A stretch of DNA of 64,000 bases, taken from an uncultured Mollicutes bacterium. Its GTDB lineage: Bacteria; Bacillota_I; Bacilli_A; RFN20; CAG-826. Numbering within the stretch: the first letter of the stretch is position 1; each line of letters opens with the position of its first letter. Below, in pieces: positions 48,860 through 59,977 of this stretch. The stretch lies in NCBI GenBank assembly GCA_900540365.1, contig UQFN01000004.1, positions 51,362 through 115,361 on the forward strand, given 5' to 3'. Below the pieces are notes generated by a model. That model ran no database searches and had not been told where the DNA came from. It worked only from the letters and a program-made list of their open reading frames with translations. The translations under genes were made by a program, and so were the position numbers.

Positions 48860-49729
48860 ATGGAAGAATATAAATTTTTAAATTCACAAAATATTCATTG
48901 GTTTCCTGGCCATATGAAAAAAGCTATTAATCGTATTAGCGAGCTTTTAAAGATGGTCGATTTTGTTATTGAAGTTTTAGATTCAAGAATCCCTTTATCA
49001 AGTCAAAATGAATATGTTGAAAGAATTGTTAGTAATAAACCAAAACTTTATGTGCTAACAAAAATTGATTTAAGTGATGAAAAAGAAACAAAAAAATGGG
49101 TTGATTATTTTAATCAAAACGGCAATAAAGCAATCGCAATTAACTTAAAAGATAATCGCAGTTATGAAGCAATTTTTAAAAAAATAGTTGAGTTCTGCAA
49201 GGAAAAAGATGAAAAATATAAGAAAAAAGGTATAAAAAATATTTCTACAAGAGCCATGATTATAGGAATTCCTAATGTTGGAAAGTCTACTTTAATTAAT
49301 TATCTTGCAAAAAAATCTTTAACTGATGTAGCTAATAAACCAGGTTTAACTAAAAATGTACGTTGGGTAAAAATTAATAATTTGGAAATTTTAGATACTC
49401 CTGGAATTTTAGAGCCTCAATATGAAAATAAACAAAAAGCATTAAATTTAGCTTTAATTGGATCAATTAAAGAAACAATTTTACCTAAGGATCAATTAGC
49501 AACTAAAATTAATGAATTTTTAATTAAATATTATAAGGATGAATATCAAAAACGATATGATTTAGATTTAACTTCAACAAAATTAGAAGATATTTTACCT
49601 CAAATTGCTAAAAAAAGAGGCTTTATTTTAAAAAATAACGAATTAGATTTATTAAAAGCAACCGACACTTTAATTAATGAATTTAAAAATGGAATCATTT
49701 CTAAATATACAATTGAAAGAGTTAGTTAA
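48860..49729 (+). CDS. rbgA: Ribosome biogenesis GTPase A (RbgA/YlqF)
   Basis: The start is taken at MEEYKF...IHWFPGHMKKA. It is a circularly permuted GTPase (TKIDL before GIPNVGKST). The ORF track 48821 start lies inside the rplS terminator. Confidence 0.9.
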   Translation: MEEYKFLNSQNIHWFPGHMKKAINRISELLKMVDFVIEVLDSRIPLSSQNEYVERIVSNKPKLYVLTKIDLSDEKETKKWVDYFNQNGNKAIAINLKDNRSYEAIFKKIVEFCKEKDEKYKKKGIKNISTRAMIIGIPNVGKSTLINYLAKKSLTDVANKPGLTKNVRWVKINNLEILDTPGILEPQYENKQKALNLALIGSIKETILPKDQLATKINEFLIKYYKDEYQKRYDLDLTSTKLEDILPQIAKKRGFILKNNELDLLKATDTLINEFKNGIISKYTIERVS

Positions 49730-50341
49730 ATGTTAGATTTTGAAAATAAATATTATAGTAAAGAAATTAATTTTATATGTGGTTGTGATGAAGCTGGAAG
49801 AGGTTGTTTATGTGGCCCAGTTGTTGCAGCAGCTGTAATTTTACCAAAAGATTATTCTAATGAATTGGTTAACGATTCTAAACAATTAACGCCTAAACAA
49901 CGTGAAACTTTATTTCTTGATATTATTAAGAATGCTTTAAGTTATGGAATTGGTTATATTGATAGTGTTACAATCGATAAAATTAATATATATGAAGCAA
50001 GTAGACAAGCAATGATTAAAGCAATTAAAAATGTAAATCATAAAAGCGATTTAATTTTAACTGATGCAATGCCAATAAATTTCTTAAATACAAAAGTAAT
50101 TCCAATAATTAAAGGTGATGCTAAATGTAAATGTATTGCTGCTGCTAGTATAATTGCTAAAGTTTGTCGTGATCATTATATGTTAGCAATGGCTCTTAAA
50201 TATCCTCAATATAATTTAGATAAAAATAAAGGATATGGCACTAAAACTCATTTAGAAGCTTTAGAAAAATATGGTCCAATTCCAAAATTTCATCGTTTTA
50301 CATATGCACCAATAAAAAATCGTCAATTAAAATTATTTTAA
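49730..50341 (+). CDS. rnhB: Ribonuclease HII
   Basis: 203 aa. GCDEAGRGCLCGPVVAAAV matches RNase HII. Confidence 0.95.
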   Translation: MLDFENKYYSKEINFICGCDEAGRGCLCGPVVAAAVILPKDYSNELVNDSKQLTPKQRETLFLDIIKNALSYGIGYIDSVTIDKINIYEASRQAMIKAIKNVNHKSDLILTDAMPINFLNTKVIPIIKGDAKCKCIAAASIIAKVCRDHYMLAMALKYPQYNLDKNKGYGTKTHLEALEKYGPIPKFHRFTYAPIKNRQLKLF

Positions 50342-50387
50342 CCCCCAACACTTTTATTTTAATGCGTCTTGATAGTAGGAGGTATTT

Positions 50388-51170
50388 ATGAAAGGAAGGG
50401 ATATTTTAATTTATTTGTCTTTACTCTTTAAAGGAGATTGGGACAAAATTTATCAATGTATTAAAAATAAAACATCGATTAATGATAAGATTTCAAGTCT
50501 TGAAAACGAATTTAATTCATTAAAAGAAAATATTGTTACTATAATTGATGATAATTATCCTAGTATTTTTAAAAATTGTGGTGTTCCAACAATGCCTTTT
50601 GTTCTTTACTATAAGGGAGATCTATCATTATTAAATGAAGGTTTAAAAAGATTAACAATTGTTGGAAGTCGAAATTCATCAAAATATGGGGAAAATTCTG
50701 TTAAAAAAATAGTACAGGGTTTAGATACTGAAGTTATTATTGTTAGTGGTTTAGCAAAAGGAATTGATTCAGTAGCGTTATCAAGTGCTTTAAGTTCTAA
50801 TAAAAAAGTAATCGCAATCATTGGTAATGGTATTAATTATTGTTACCCAGAGGAAAATTTAAGCTTATATAATGAAATAATTGCAAAAGGAGGACTAATT
50901 ATTAGTGAATATCCACCTAATACCCCCCCAGAAAGTTCAAATTTTAGGTGGAGAAATCGTTTATTAGCAATGGTTTCTAGTGGAATTTTAATTGGAGAAG
51001 GAAAATTAAATAGTGGAACTAAAATTACTGCAAGTTTTGGGATCCAGTTTAATCGAAATGTTGGTTGTATACCTTATGAGATTAATAAAGAAAGTTTATG
51101 TAATCAATTAATTAAAGATGGAGCAAGTTTAATTGAGACTAGTGAAGATGCTTATGATTTAATAAGTTAA
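50388..51170 (+). CDS. dprA: DNA processing protein DprA/Smf (minimal form)
   Basis: 260 aa. The Rossmann-like core is VGSRNSSKYG...VSGLAKGIDS...EYPPNTPP. It sits upstream of topA, as in Bacilli. Confidence 0.85.
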   Translation: MKGRDILIYLSLLFKGDWDKIYQCIKNKTSINDKISSLENEFNSLKENIVTIIDDNYPSIFKNCGVPTMPFVLYYKGDLSLLNEGLKRLTIVGSRNSSKYGENSVKKIVQGLDTEVIIVSGLAKGIDSVALSSALSSNKKVIAIIGNGINYCYPEENLSLYNEIIAKGGLIISEYPPNTPPESSNFRWRNRLLAMVSSGILIGEGKLNSGTKITASFGIQFNRNVGCIPYEINKESLCNQLIKDGASLIETSEDAYDLIS

Positions 51171-51282
51171 GAAAAAAAGTAATTATTATATTTATATATA
51201 TAATTAAGGTTTAAAGACAATGCTTTCCTCTTTACAAAGTTAATTTTACTTATTATATTAATAAAACATCGAAGGTATATTT

Positions 51283-53370
51283 ATGAAGTTAGTAATTGTT
51301 GAATCTCCAGCTAAAAGTAAAACTATTGCCCATTATCTAGGTGAAGACTATCAAGTCGAAGCTAGTGTTGGACATATTTGTGATTTATCAACTAGTGGAA
51401 AAGGTGGATTAGGCGTTGATGTAGATCATGATTTTAAAGCTACATATGTTGTTAATCCAGACAAAAAAGAAGTTGTAAAGAAATTAACTAAACTTGCTAA
51501 AGAAAGTGACGAAGTAATTTTAGCAACCGACCCTGATCGTGAAGGAGAAGCCATAGCTTATCATTTAGCAAAAGTTTTAAAACTTCCTCTTGAGACAACA
51601 AAAAGACTAGAATTTCATGAAATTACTGAAGATTCAATTAATCAAGCTATTAACAATCCACGTAATATAAATATGGATTTAGTTCATAGCCAAGAAACAA
51701 GACGTATTATTGACCGTATTATCGGTTTTAAAATATCTTCTTTAATTAATAGCCGAATTAAATCTAAATCAGCTGGACGTGTACAAAGTGTTACATTAAA
51801 ACTAATTTGTGACCACGAAAAAAGCATTAAAGAATTTGTACCTGAAGAATATTGGAAACTAATCCCAATCATTTTAGTTAACGATAAAGAATTAGAATTA
51901 GAATTTTATACATATAACGGAAAAGCTGTAACTTTAAAAACTAAAGAAGAGGCCGATGAAATATTAGCAAATTGTGCAAAAGTCGTTAAAGTAACTAAAA
52001 TTAATAAAACAAATAAGTCAATTCAATCAAAAGAACCTTATCGTACCTCAACTTTACAACAAGATGCTTCAAATAAGTATAAATTTAAAACTAAAGAAAC
52101 TGCCTCTTTAGCTCAAAGATTATATGAAGGCGTGGAATTAGGTGAAGGACTTGTCGGTTTAATTACTTATATGAGAACTGACTCGACTAAATTAAGTGAT
52201 ACTTTTATTAGCAAAGCTAACGATTATATTATTGATAATTATGGACAAGAATATTGTAAAGGGAGTGTTAGTCATTCTAAAAAGAAAGTAGTTAATGCAC
52301 AAGACGCTCATGAAGCTATTAGACCTACTAGTATTTATCGTACTCCTGAACAAGTTAAAGAGTATTTAACTGATCATGAATATAAACTTTATAAAATGAT
52401 TTATGAAAGAACTTTAGCTAGTTTAATGAAAAATAAGGAAATTGAAGTCATTCAAACAATTTTTAGTTCAAATAATGTTGAATTTAAATACGATTATTCC
52501 AAAGTTTTATTTAAAGGTTATGATATTTTAAATTTAGATGAAAAAGAAAAGAAAGAATTTTTTGATTTTAATGTTGGCGAACAATTTAATTTAAAAGAAA
52601 TTAAGGAAGAACAAAATTTCACTAAAGCACCTGCAAGGTATACCGAAGGACGTTTAGTAAAACTTATGGAAGATGAAGGGATTGGTAGACCATCCACTTA
52701 TTCTTCAACTATTCAAACTTTAATATCAAGAAAATATATTGTTAACGAAAAAGGAGTTTTAGTGCCAACTGATCAAGGTGTAAAAACAGCTACAGTTTTA
52801 ACAAAATATTTTCCAGATTTAATGAACACTGAGTATACTGCAGAAATGGAAACTAATTTAGATAAAATTAGTACTGGTGAAATTGATGAAATTAAAGTTT
52901 TAAGTGATTTTTATAATCCTTTTATAGTTCATTTTGAAGAAGTTAAGAAAATAATGTATAAAGACGAACCTGAATATACTGGAGAAATTTGTCCTCAATG
53001 TGGATCTAAGCTTGTTCTTAGAGATGGTAAACATGGTAAATTTGTTGCTTGTAGTAACTTCCCAAAATGTCATTACATTAAAAAAGAAGAAAAGGAAAAA
53101 CCAGAAGAAGTAGGAAAAAATTGTCCTAATTGTGGGGCTCCACTTGTTTATCGATTCAATAAAAGTGGTCAAAAATTTATTGGATGTAGTAGCTTCCCAA
53201 AATGTCGCTATATTGAGACATTAGAAAATTTAGAAGAGGAAGAAAAACGTATTTGTCCTAAATGTGGTGGAACATTAATTAGAAGAAAAGGAAAAATTGG
53301 TTATTTTTATGGATGTAGCAATTATCCAAATTGCGATTATCTAGAACCAATTAAATCAAAAAAACAATGA
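51283..53370 (+). CDS. topA: DNA topoisomerase I
   Basis: 695 aa with a TOPRIM N-terminus (MKLVIVESPAKSKTI), the active-site region YMRTDS, and three C4 zinc ribbons at the C-terminus. Confidence 0.97.
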   Translation: MKLVIVESPAKSKTIAHYLGEDYQVEASVGHICDLSTSGKGGLGVDVDHDFKATYVVNPDKKEVVKKLTKLAKESDEVILATDPDREGEAIAYHLAKVLKLPLETTKRLEFHEITEDSINQAINNPRNINMDLVHSQETRRIIDRIIGFKISSLINSRIKSKSAGRVQSVTLKLICDHEKSIKEFVPEEYWKLIPIILVNDKELELEFYTYNGKAVTLKTKEEADEILANCAKVVKVTKINKTNKSIQSKEPYRTSTLQQDASNKYKFKTKETASLAQRLYEGVELGEGLVGLITYMRTDSTKLSDTFISKANDYIIDNYGQEYCKGSVSHSKKKVVNAQDAHEAIRPTSIYRTPEQVKEYLTDHEYKLYKMIYERTLASLMKNKEIEVIQTIFSSNNVEFKYDYSKVLFKGYDILNLDEKEKKEFFDFNVGEQFNLKEIKEEQNFTKAPARYTEGRLVKLMEDEGIGRPSTYSSTIQTLISRKYIVNEKGVLVPTDQGVKTATVLTKYFPDLMNTEYTAEMETNLDKISTGEIDEIKVLSDFYNPFIVHFEEVKKIMYKDEPEYTGEICPQCGSKLVLRDGKHGKFVACSNFPKCHYIKKEEKEKPEEVGKNCPNCGAPLVYRFNKSGQKFIGCSSFPKCRYIETLENLEEEEKRICPKCGGTLIRRKGKIGYFYGCSNYPNCDYLEPIKSKKQ

Positions 53371-54644
53371 TTGTTAATATTATTGGAGCAGGTTTAGCAG
53401 GTTGTGAAGCTGCGAATTTTCTAGCAAATCATGGTATAAAAGTTCGTTTATTTGAGAAACGACCTTTTTATAAATCTCCAGCACATCATACAGATTTATT
53501 TGCTGAACTAGTTTGTTCGAATTCTTTAAAATCAAGCAAATTAGATAATGCTTGTGGATTATTAAAAGAAGAAATAAAAATGATGGGTTCTTTAATGATG
53601 GAAGCTAGTGAAGTTTCAAAAGTTCCTAGTGGAGATAGTTTAAGTGTTGACCGTATTAAATTTAGTTCGTATATTACAAATAAAATAAAATTAAATCCTA
53701 ATATTGAAATAGTTTATGAAGATGTAACAAAACTAAAAGAAGGAATAAATTTAATAACAACAGGCCCTTTAACTTCTAAAGAATTGCTTGATGAAATTTC
53801 TAATTTAACTAACGAAAAAATTTATGGATTCTTTGATGCTAGTGCACCAATTATAGAAAAGTCATCGATAAATTTTGGAAAAGTATTTTATAAAAGTCGT
53901 TATGATCAACAAGATGATAGTTATATAAATTGTCCAATGAATAAGGAAGAATACCTTTCTTTTTATAACGAATTAATAAATGCTAAAAAAGCCTTGCTAC
54001 ATGATTTTGATACTTCATATTTTGAAGGATGCTTACCAATTGAAGTTATTGCTTCAAGAGGAGTTGACACTTTAAGATATGGTCCATTAAAACCTAAAGG
54101 TTTGGAATATAATAACAAAGAATTTTATGCAGTTGTTCAACTTAGACAAGATGATTTAATTGGTGATTTTTATAATATGGTTGGTTTTCAAACTAATTTA
54201 ACTTATGGTGAACAAAAAAGAGTTTTTTCATTAATTCCAGGATTAGAAAACGCTAAATTTGTTCGTTATGGATTAATGCATCGAAATAGCTATATTTACG
54301 CACCAAAAGTTTTAACAGAAAATTTAAATTTAAAAATTAATGAAAATATTTATATAGCTGGACAACTTAGTGGAGTAGAAGGCTATGTTGAAAGTGCTGC
54401 TACAGGTTTACTTGCAGCGTACTATATTTATTTTAAATTAAAAAATATTTCTTATAAAACAATAGGATTTAATAGTGTTTTAGGAGCATTAGTAAGATAT
54501 ATTACTAAGACTGGAGCACATAATTTTTCCCCAATGAATGCTAATTTTGGTATAATTTATAGAGCAAATGTTGATAAAAAAGAAAATGTTATTGGGCGTT
54601 CTTTGAAGGATGTTTCAACATTTGTTAATCAATTAGATGAATAA
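53367..54644 (+). CDS. trmFO: Methylenetetrahydrofolate--tRNA-(uracil54-C5)-methyltransferase TrmFO (Gid)
   Basis: 425 aa. The FAD-binding motif [21 protein letters not shown] and [12 protein letters not shown] match TrmFO. Confidence 0.93.
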   Translation: MIVNIIGAGLAGCEAANFLANHGIKVRLFEKRPFYKSPAHHTDLFAELVCSNSLKSSKLDNACGLLKEEIKMMGSLMMEASEVSKVPSGDSLSVDRIKFSSYITNKIKLNPNIEIVYEDVTKLKEGINLITTGPLTSKELLDEISNLTNEKIYGFFDASAPIIEKSSINFGKVFYKSRYDQQDDSYINCPMNKEEYLSFYNELINAKKALLHDFDTSYFEGCLPIEVIASRGVDTLRYGPLKPKGLEYNNKEFYAVVQLRQDDLIGDFYNMVGFQTNLTYGEQKRVFSLIPGLENAKFVRYGLMHRNSYIYAPKVLTENLNLKINENIYIAGQLSGVEGYVESAATGLLAAYYIYFKLKNISYKTIGFNSVLGALVRYITKTGAHNFSPMNANFGIIYRANVDKKENVIGRSLKDVSTFVNQLDE

Positions 54645-55557
54645 GTTTGAAAATGAATTTCTAAATTATTTAAAACATATTCGAAATTACTCTATTAATA
54701 CTATTAATGCTTACAAAAGAGATATTGATAATTTCGATAATTTTTTATATGAAGAAAATATTGAACTTGAACAAATTGATAAAGTTGTAATAAGAAACTA
54801 TTTAAATTATTGTTTATTAGATAAAAAACTTGACAAAAGAAGTATTAGAAGAGCGGTTTGCTCTTTAAGACATTACTTTAAATTTATGCATTCAAAAAAT
54901 TATGTAGCATCCAATCCATTTTATGGCTTAAAAAGTTTGAAAGTTGATGTTAAATACCCTAAAGTTTTATATTCTTCACAAATTGATAAGTTGCTTACTG
55001 AAAATAAAAAAAGAACTGACAAATTAATGATTCGTGATCAAGCTATTTTAGAACTTTTAATTAGTAGTGGAGTTCGTAATAGTGAAATTATTAATATAAA
55101 AACAACCGATATTAATTTTAATGAAAGATACATTAAAATTTTTGGTAAAGGAAAAAAAGAACGTTTAGTTCCATTTTCTAGAGAAGCAAAAGAAGTAATG
55201 ATAAAATATGGAAAAAATTTAAGAAAAGAATTGCTAAATCAAAGGAAAGTTGAAGGTATTAATAACTATTTCTTTTTAAATTCTAAAGGTGAGAAGTTAA
55301 CTGCTAGAGGGCTTGAATATATTTTAAAAAAAGTTTGTAACAAAGCAGGACTAAATTTTGAAATTTACCCTCATATGATTCGTCATACTTTTGCTACTAA
55401 TTTATTAGAAGGTGGAGCTGATTTAAGATCTATCCAAGAGTTGTTAGGACATGAATCAATTAATACTACTCAAATTTATACTCATGTTAGTAAAGAAGCT
55501 TTAAAGAATCAATACGATTTGTACTTTCCTTTAAAAGAAAATAAAAAAAATAATTGA
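54637..55557 (+). CDS. xerC: Tyrosine recombinase XerC (CodV-like)
   Basis: 306 aa. [39 protein letters not shown] carries the catalytic R-H-R-Y pattern. Confidence 0.92.
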   Translation: MNKFENEFLNYLKHIRNYSINTINAYKRDIDNFDNFLYEENIELEQIDKVVIRNYLNYCLLDKKLDKRSIRRAVCSLRHYFKFMHSKNYVASNPFYGLKSLKVDVKYPKVLYSSQIDKLLTENKKRTDKLMIRDQAILELLISSGVRNSEIINIKTTDINFNERYIKIFGKGKKERLVPFSREAKEVMIKYGKNLRKELLNQRKVEGINNYFFLNSKGEKLTARGLEYILKKVCNKAGLNFEIYPHMIRHTFATNLLEGGADLRSIQELLGHESINTTQIYTHVSKEALKNQYDLYFPLKENKKNN

Positions 55558-55573
55558 GTTTTAGACACTTTTT
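55554..55573 (+). repeat. Intergenic 3'-end repeat, copy C (TTGAGTTTTAGACACTTTTT), beginning at the xerC stop codon
   Basis: The 20 nt are identical to 15542-15561. The upstream A-run and TA are also shared. Confidence 0.8.
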
Positions 55574-55760
55574 CCAAAAAATAATTAGTTATTATGATTT
55601 TTTTAAGTTATTTTGCATTTTATATAATAAAATGCTAAAATTATTTGACTTTTGTAATACAAAAGAATACGCACATTATGGATTCAATAGCCTAGTCTCA
55701 AAAATATTTGAGGGAGATTGTTCGAAGTAATGGAGGATTAACAAATAGGAGGAACTCAAA

Positions 55761-56765
55761 ATGAGTGAAAAAGAATTAGAGGTTACTGCTTCACCTAAAG
55801 AAGAAGCAAATGTAATGGAAGAAGTTGTTCGTGATCCAAACGCACAAATTATTACCGTTAGAAAATTATTAGAAGCTGGAGTTCATTATGGCCATCAAGC
55901 TAAAAAATGGAATCCAAAAATGAAAGAGTATATTTATACTACAAGAAATGGAACTTCAATTATTGATTTAAACAAATCAAAAGAAGGTATCGAAGCCAGT
56001 TATTTAAAACTTAAAGAAATTGTTGAAGAAGGCGGAAAAGTTTTGTTTGTTGGAACAAAAGAACAATCAAAAGAAATCGTTAAAGAACAAGCTGAAAGAA
56101 GTGGTTCATTCTACATTAACAATAGATGGCTCGGTGGAATTTTAACTAATTTTAAAACAATTCAATCAAGAATTAGAAAATTAAAAGAATTCGAACAAGA
56201 GGAAGAAGAACACGCTTGGGATTCTTTACCAAAGAAAGAAGCAAGTGCTAAGAGAAAAGAAAAAGAAAAATTATTTAAAAACCTCGAAGGCATTAAGGAA
56301 ATGAGAAAAGTTCCAAATGCAATCGTAGTTGTCGATCCAACTGTTGAACATAACGCAGTTGCAGAAGCAAATAAATTACATATTCCTGTTTTTGCAATTT
56401 GTGATACTAACTGTGATCCAGATCCAGTTGATTATGTTATTCCTGGAAATGATGATGCAGTTAAATCAGTTACTTTAATTATTTCTACTTTATCTGACGC
56501 TGTTGTCGAAGCTAAAGGCGGATTACCAGAAATTGCTTACACTAAAGATGAAGGTGAAGAAGCAACCATGTCTGATGCAATTCGTCAAGCTGATAGAGAA
56601 AATGCTTTACGTTTAGCTGCAAGACGTGAAATGCAAAGAGAAAGATTAGAAAAAGAAAAAGCTCGTAGAAATGCATTTATTCAAAAGAAAAATGCTGAAA
56701 AAGATGTAGATTCTGAAGAAGCTGATGTTGCTGATGCTTCAGAAAATACACCAGTTGAAGAATAA
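55761..56765 (+). CDS. rpsB: 30S ribosomal protein S2 with N- and C-terminal extensions
   Basis: 334 aa. The S2 core is LLEAGVHYGHQAKKWNPKM...PVFAICDTNCDP. About 30 aa are added at the N-terminus, with an E/A/R-rich tail of about 80 aa. Confidence 0.96.
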   Translation: MSEKELEVTASPKEEANVMEEVVRDPNAQIITVRKLLEAGVHYGHQAKKWNPKMKEYIYTTRNGTSIIDLNKSKEGIEASYLKLKEIVEEGGKVLFVGTKEQSKEIVKEQAERSGSFYINNRWLGGILTNFKTIQSRIRKLKEFEQEEEEHAWDSLPKKEASAKRKEKEKLFKNLEGIKEMRKVPNAIVVVDPTVEHNAVAEANKLHIPVFAICDTNCDPDPVDYVIPGNDDAVKSVTLIISTLSDAVVEAKGGLPEIAYTKDEGEEATMSDAIRQADRENALRLAARREMQRERLEKEKARRNAFIQKKNAEKDVDSEEADVADASENTPVEE

Positions 56766-56782
56766 TAAAAGGAATTATTATC

Positions 56783-57643
56783 ATGGCAAACATTGAATTA
56801 ATTAAAGTTTTAAGAGAAAGAACAGGCGCTGGCATGATGGATTGTAAACATGCATTAGAAGAATGCGCAAACGATGTTGATAAAGCTTGCGACTGGTTAA
56901 GAGAAAGAGGTATAGCTAAAGCTGCAAAAAAAGCTGATCGTATTGCTGCTGAAGGTTTAACTTTTGTTAAAGTTTGTGATAAATGCCATAAAGGTGTTGT
57001 TGTTGAAGTAAACTGTGAAACAGACTTTGTTGCTAAAGCAGATCCATTTAAGAGTTTAGTTGAAGAATGTGCACATAACATCTTAGAAAATAACTTACAA
57101 ACATTAGATGAAGTTAAAGCTCAAGCTGAACCTTTATTTGCAGATGCTACTGTTAAATTAGGTGAAAAATTATCCTTTAGAAGATTTGCAGTTTTAGAAG
57201 GTGCTAATTTAGGTTCATATATTCATATGGGCGGAAAAATTTCTGTTTTAGTTAGTTTAAAAGAAAATAATCCAGAATTAGCTAAAGGACTTGCAATGCA
57301 TATTGCTGCAAATAATCCAAAATATATTTCAGAAAAAGATATTCCTGAAGATGTTGTTACTAATGAAACTAAGATTCAATTAGAAACTTGCAAGAATGAT
57401 CCAAAACTTCAAAATAAACCTGAAGCTGCTTTACAAAATATTGTTAAAGGAAAAGTTCATAAAGTATTAAGTGAAGTAACATTACTTGAACAAAGTTACT
57501 TACTAAGTCCAGATAAGACAGTTAAGGATGTCTTAGCAAGTGAACATAATGAAGTCGTTGCTTTCTATCGTTATCAAGTCGGTGAAGGATTAGAAAAAAG
57601 AGTTGATAACTTTGCTGAAGAAGTAATGGCCCAAGCTAAATAA
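56783..57643 (+). CDS. tsf: Elongation factor Ts
   Basis: 286 aa. LRERTGAGMMDCKHAL matches the UBA-like N-terminus of EF-Ts. Confidence 0.96.
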   Translation: MANIELIKVLRERTGAGMMDCKHALEECANDVDKACDWLRERGIAKAAKKADRIAAEGLTFVKVCDKCHKGVVVEVNCETDFVAKADPFKSLVEECAHNILENNLQTLDEVKAQAEPLFADATVKLGEKLSFRRFAVLEGANLGSYIHMGGKISVLVSLKENNPELAKGLAMHIAANNPKYISEKDIPEDVVTNETKIQLETCKNDPKLQNKPEAALQNIVKGKVHKVLSEVTLLEQSYLLSPDKTVKDVLASEHNEVVAFYRYQVGEGLEKRVDNFAEEVMAQAK

Positions 57644-57646
57644 TTT

Positions 57647-57676
57647 AAAAAAAGGACACAAAGTTGTGTCCTTTTT
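57647..57676 (+). terminator. Rho-independent terminator after tsf
   Basis: AAAGGACACA 57651-57660 pairs with TGTGTCCTTT 57665-57674, followed by a T-run. Confidence 0.85.
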
Positions 57677-57703
57677 GTTATAATAAACAAAAAGGAGCAA
57701 ATC

Positions 57704-58417
57704 ATGATTAAATATAAGCGAATCATCCTTAAACTAAGTGGCGAAGCTTTAGCAAATAAAGATGGAACTATTCTTAATCCTGAAAAATTAAATGTAATTG
57801 CTGAAGCTGTTAAAGCAATGCATGAAGAAGGCGTTGAAATTGGAATTGTTATTGGTGCTGGAAATATTTTCCGTGGAAAAATATCTTCCAAAATTGGTGT
57901 AGATAGAACTAATGGCGATTACATGGGAATGCTTGGAACAATTATAAATTGTATTGCCTTAAGTAGTGCATTAGAAAAAATTGGTGTAACAACTAGAGTA
58001 ATGAGTGCAGTGGAAGTTAATAAAATTGCCGAGCCTTACATTTATAAAAAAGCTATTGCTCATTTAAATTGTAATAAAGTTGTTTTATTTGCTGGGGGTA
58101 CTGGTAATCCATATTTTACAACTGATACTTGTGCTTCATTACGTGCTCTTGAAATAAATGCAGATGCAATTTTGATGGCTAAAAACAATGTTGATGGAGT
58201 TTATGATAGTGATCCTAAGTTAAATAAAAACGCTAAATTTTTAAAAACACTCACTTTTAAAGAAGTTATTGATAGAAATTTAGCAGTTATGGATCAAACT
58301 AGTATTACAATGTTAATGGGACAAAATATTACGATTCGTGTATTTAATATGGAAAACGCTGAAAATTTCATGAAAGTTATTCATGGTGAAGATATTGGAA
58401 CAACAATAAAGGAGTAA
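57704..58417 (+). CDS. pyrH: UMP kinase
   Basis: 237 aa. ILKLSGEAL, GAGNIFRG and FAGGTGNPYFTTD match UMP kinase. Confidence 0.96.
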   Translation: MIKYKRIILKLSGEALANKDGTILNPEKLNVIAEAVKAMHEEGVEIGIVIGAGNIFRGKISSKIGVDRTNGDYMGMLGTIINCIALSSALEKIGVTTRVMSAVEVNKIAEPYIYKKAIAHLNCNKVVLFAGGTGNPYFTTDTCASLRALEINADAILMAKNNVDGVYDSDPKLNKNAKFLKTLTFKEVIDRNLAVMDQTSITMLMGQNITIRVFNMENAENFMKVIHGEDIGTTIKE

Positions 58418-58420
58418 ATT

Positions 58421-58966
58421 ATGGATCAATATGCAGAATTAGCAAGTGAATTAATGAATAAAAGTGTCGAAAACTTAAAAGATAATTTAGCCACTTTAAG
58501 AACTGGTAGAGCAAGTGCAGCTTTATTAAATAACTTAGAATGTGATTATTATGGTGATAAAATGCCTGTTAATCAAATTGCTGCTATTAAAGTTCCTGAG
58601 CCAAGACAACTTTTAATAATTCCTTATGATAAAAGTGATATTAAAGCAATTGTTAGTGCTCTTCATGCTAGCGATATTGGTATTAATCCTGTTGTTGATG
58701 GTAACCAAATTCGTTTAGTTATGCCTGCATTAACAGAAGATAGAAGAAAGGAACTTGTTAAAAAAGCTAAAGGTTATTGTGAAGAATATAAAGTAACTGT
58801 TCGTAATATTAGAAGAGATTCAATGGATTCTTTAAAAAAGGACGATACTTATACTGAAGATACTAGAAAAAGAGCTGAAAATGATATTCAAAAAGTAACA
58901 GATGAAGCAATTGTAAAAATTGATAAAGTTTATAAAGAAAAAGAATTAGAAATCATGAGCATCTAG
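58421..58966 (+). CDS. frr: Ribosome recycling factor
   Basis: 181 aa. LATLRTGRASAALL and LTEDRRKELVK match RRF. Confidence 0.96.
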   Translation: MDQYAELASELMNKSVENLKDNLATLRTGRASAALLNNLECDYYGDKMPVNQIAAIKVPEPRQLLIIPYDKSDIKAIVSALHASDIGINPVVDGNQIRLVMPALTEDRRKELVKKAKGYCEEYKVTVRNIRRDSMDSLKKDDTYTEDTRKRAENDIQKVTDEAIVKIDKVYKEKELEIMSI

Positions 58967-58967
58967 T

Positions 58968-59969
58968 ATGGCGCATATTGATTATCACGTAAATAATTTA
59001 AGTAAAGATGTAAAGAAAACAATGTTATCAAGAGTACTTGTTTCTTTTATGATATTGTTAACTGTTTTACCATTAGTAATCGTTGGTGATTATGGTATTT
59101 TTTGTATTGTATTATTTATTGTTGGAGTAAGTGGACATGAAATTCTTCATGTAGTTAAAACTAAATATCAACTCGATGCAAGTATATATATTGTTACATA
59201 TTTTGCTTTATTTTTACCTTTTATTATAACGCCACTTTTGAATAATCTTTATGGGAATTACCCATTATATGATTTAGTTCATGGTTTTACTAGTTTCAAT
59301 TTTTTATTTATTAGTGTTGTGATAATCTTAATTTGTAACTTAGCTTTAACTATTTTGAATAAAAAATTTAATTTAGATTTAGCTTTTTATTTAATTTGTC
59401 TTGAATTACTTATTGTTTTTGGTTGTTTATCAGTATTATATTTAAGATATTTGCCTTTATTGAATACTTTAAATAACAATAATATAGATATTTATGATGG
59501 ATCGATAAGCTTAGTTGATAGATTTCTTACAAGCACTATTTTACTTCTTTATATTGCAGCTGGTGCAATATTTAATGATATTTTTGCTTACTTTACTGGT
59601 GTTCTTTTTGGTAAACATAAGATGTGTCCAAAAATAAGTCCAAAGAAAACATGGGAAGGATTTATTGGAGGAGTTGTATTTAGTTGCTTATTAACTTTTG
59701 GTATAACAATGCTTTTAACATATTACAATTGTCCTTTATTTAATAAAATTAGTTTAGATAAGTGGTATTTAATTTTAATTATATCTTTAGTTATACCATT
59801 TGTAGGAACGTTAGGAGATTTATTTTTCTCAAGTGTAAAAAGACATTTTGACATTAAAGATTTTGACGTATTGCTTAAGAGTCATGGCGGTGTATTAGAT
59901 CGTATGGATTCAATTCTATTTGCTTGTATTGTTGGTACATTAATAGTAGCTTTAATAAATATTTTTTAG
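58968..59969 (+). CDS. cdsA: Phosphatidate cytidylyltransferase (CDP-diglyceride synthase)
   Basis: 333 aa polytopic protein. SPKKTWEGFIGG and GDLFFSSVKRHFDIKDF match CdsA. It directly follows frr with no uppS between them. Confidence 0.9.
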   Translation: MAHIDYHVNNLSKDVKKTMLSRVLVSFMILLTVLPLVIVGDYGIFCIVLFIVGVSGHEILHVVKTKYQLDASIYIVTYFALFLPFIITPLLNNLYGNYPLYDLVHGFTSFNFLFISVVIILICNLALTILNKKFNLDLAFYLICLELLIVFGCLSVLYLRYLPLLNTLNNNNIDIYDGSISLVDRFLTSTILLLYIAAGAIFNDIFAYFTGVLFGKHKMCPKISPKKTWEGFIGGVVFSCLLTFGITMLLTYYNCPLFNKISLDKWYLILIISLVIPFVGTLGDLFFSSVKRHFDIKDFDVLLKSHGGVLDRMDSILFACIVGTLIVALINIF

Positions 59970-59977
59970 GTATATAA

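Noticed and set aside
46024-57891. Antisense ORFs 46024-46329, 48472-48814, 50609-50821, 51684-51872, 52900-53172, 56677-57081 and 57574-57891
   Set aside because: Each lies opposite a conserved gene (ffh, rplS, dprA, topA, rpsB/tsf, pyrH). None has an RBS or a recognisable motif.
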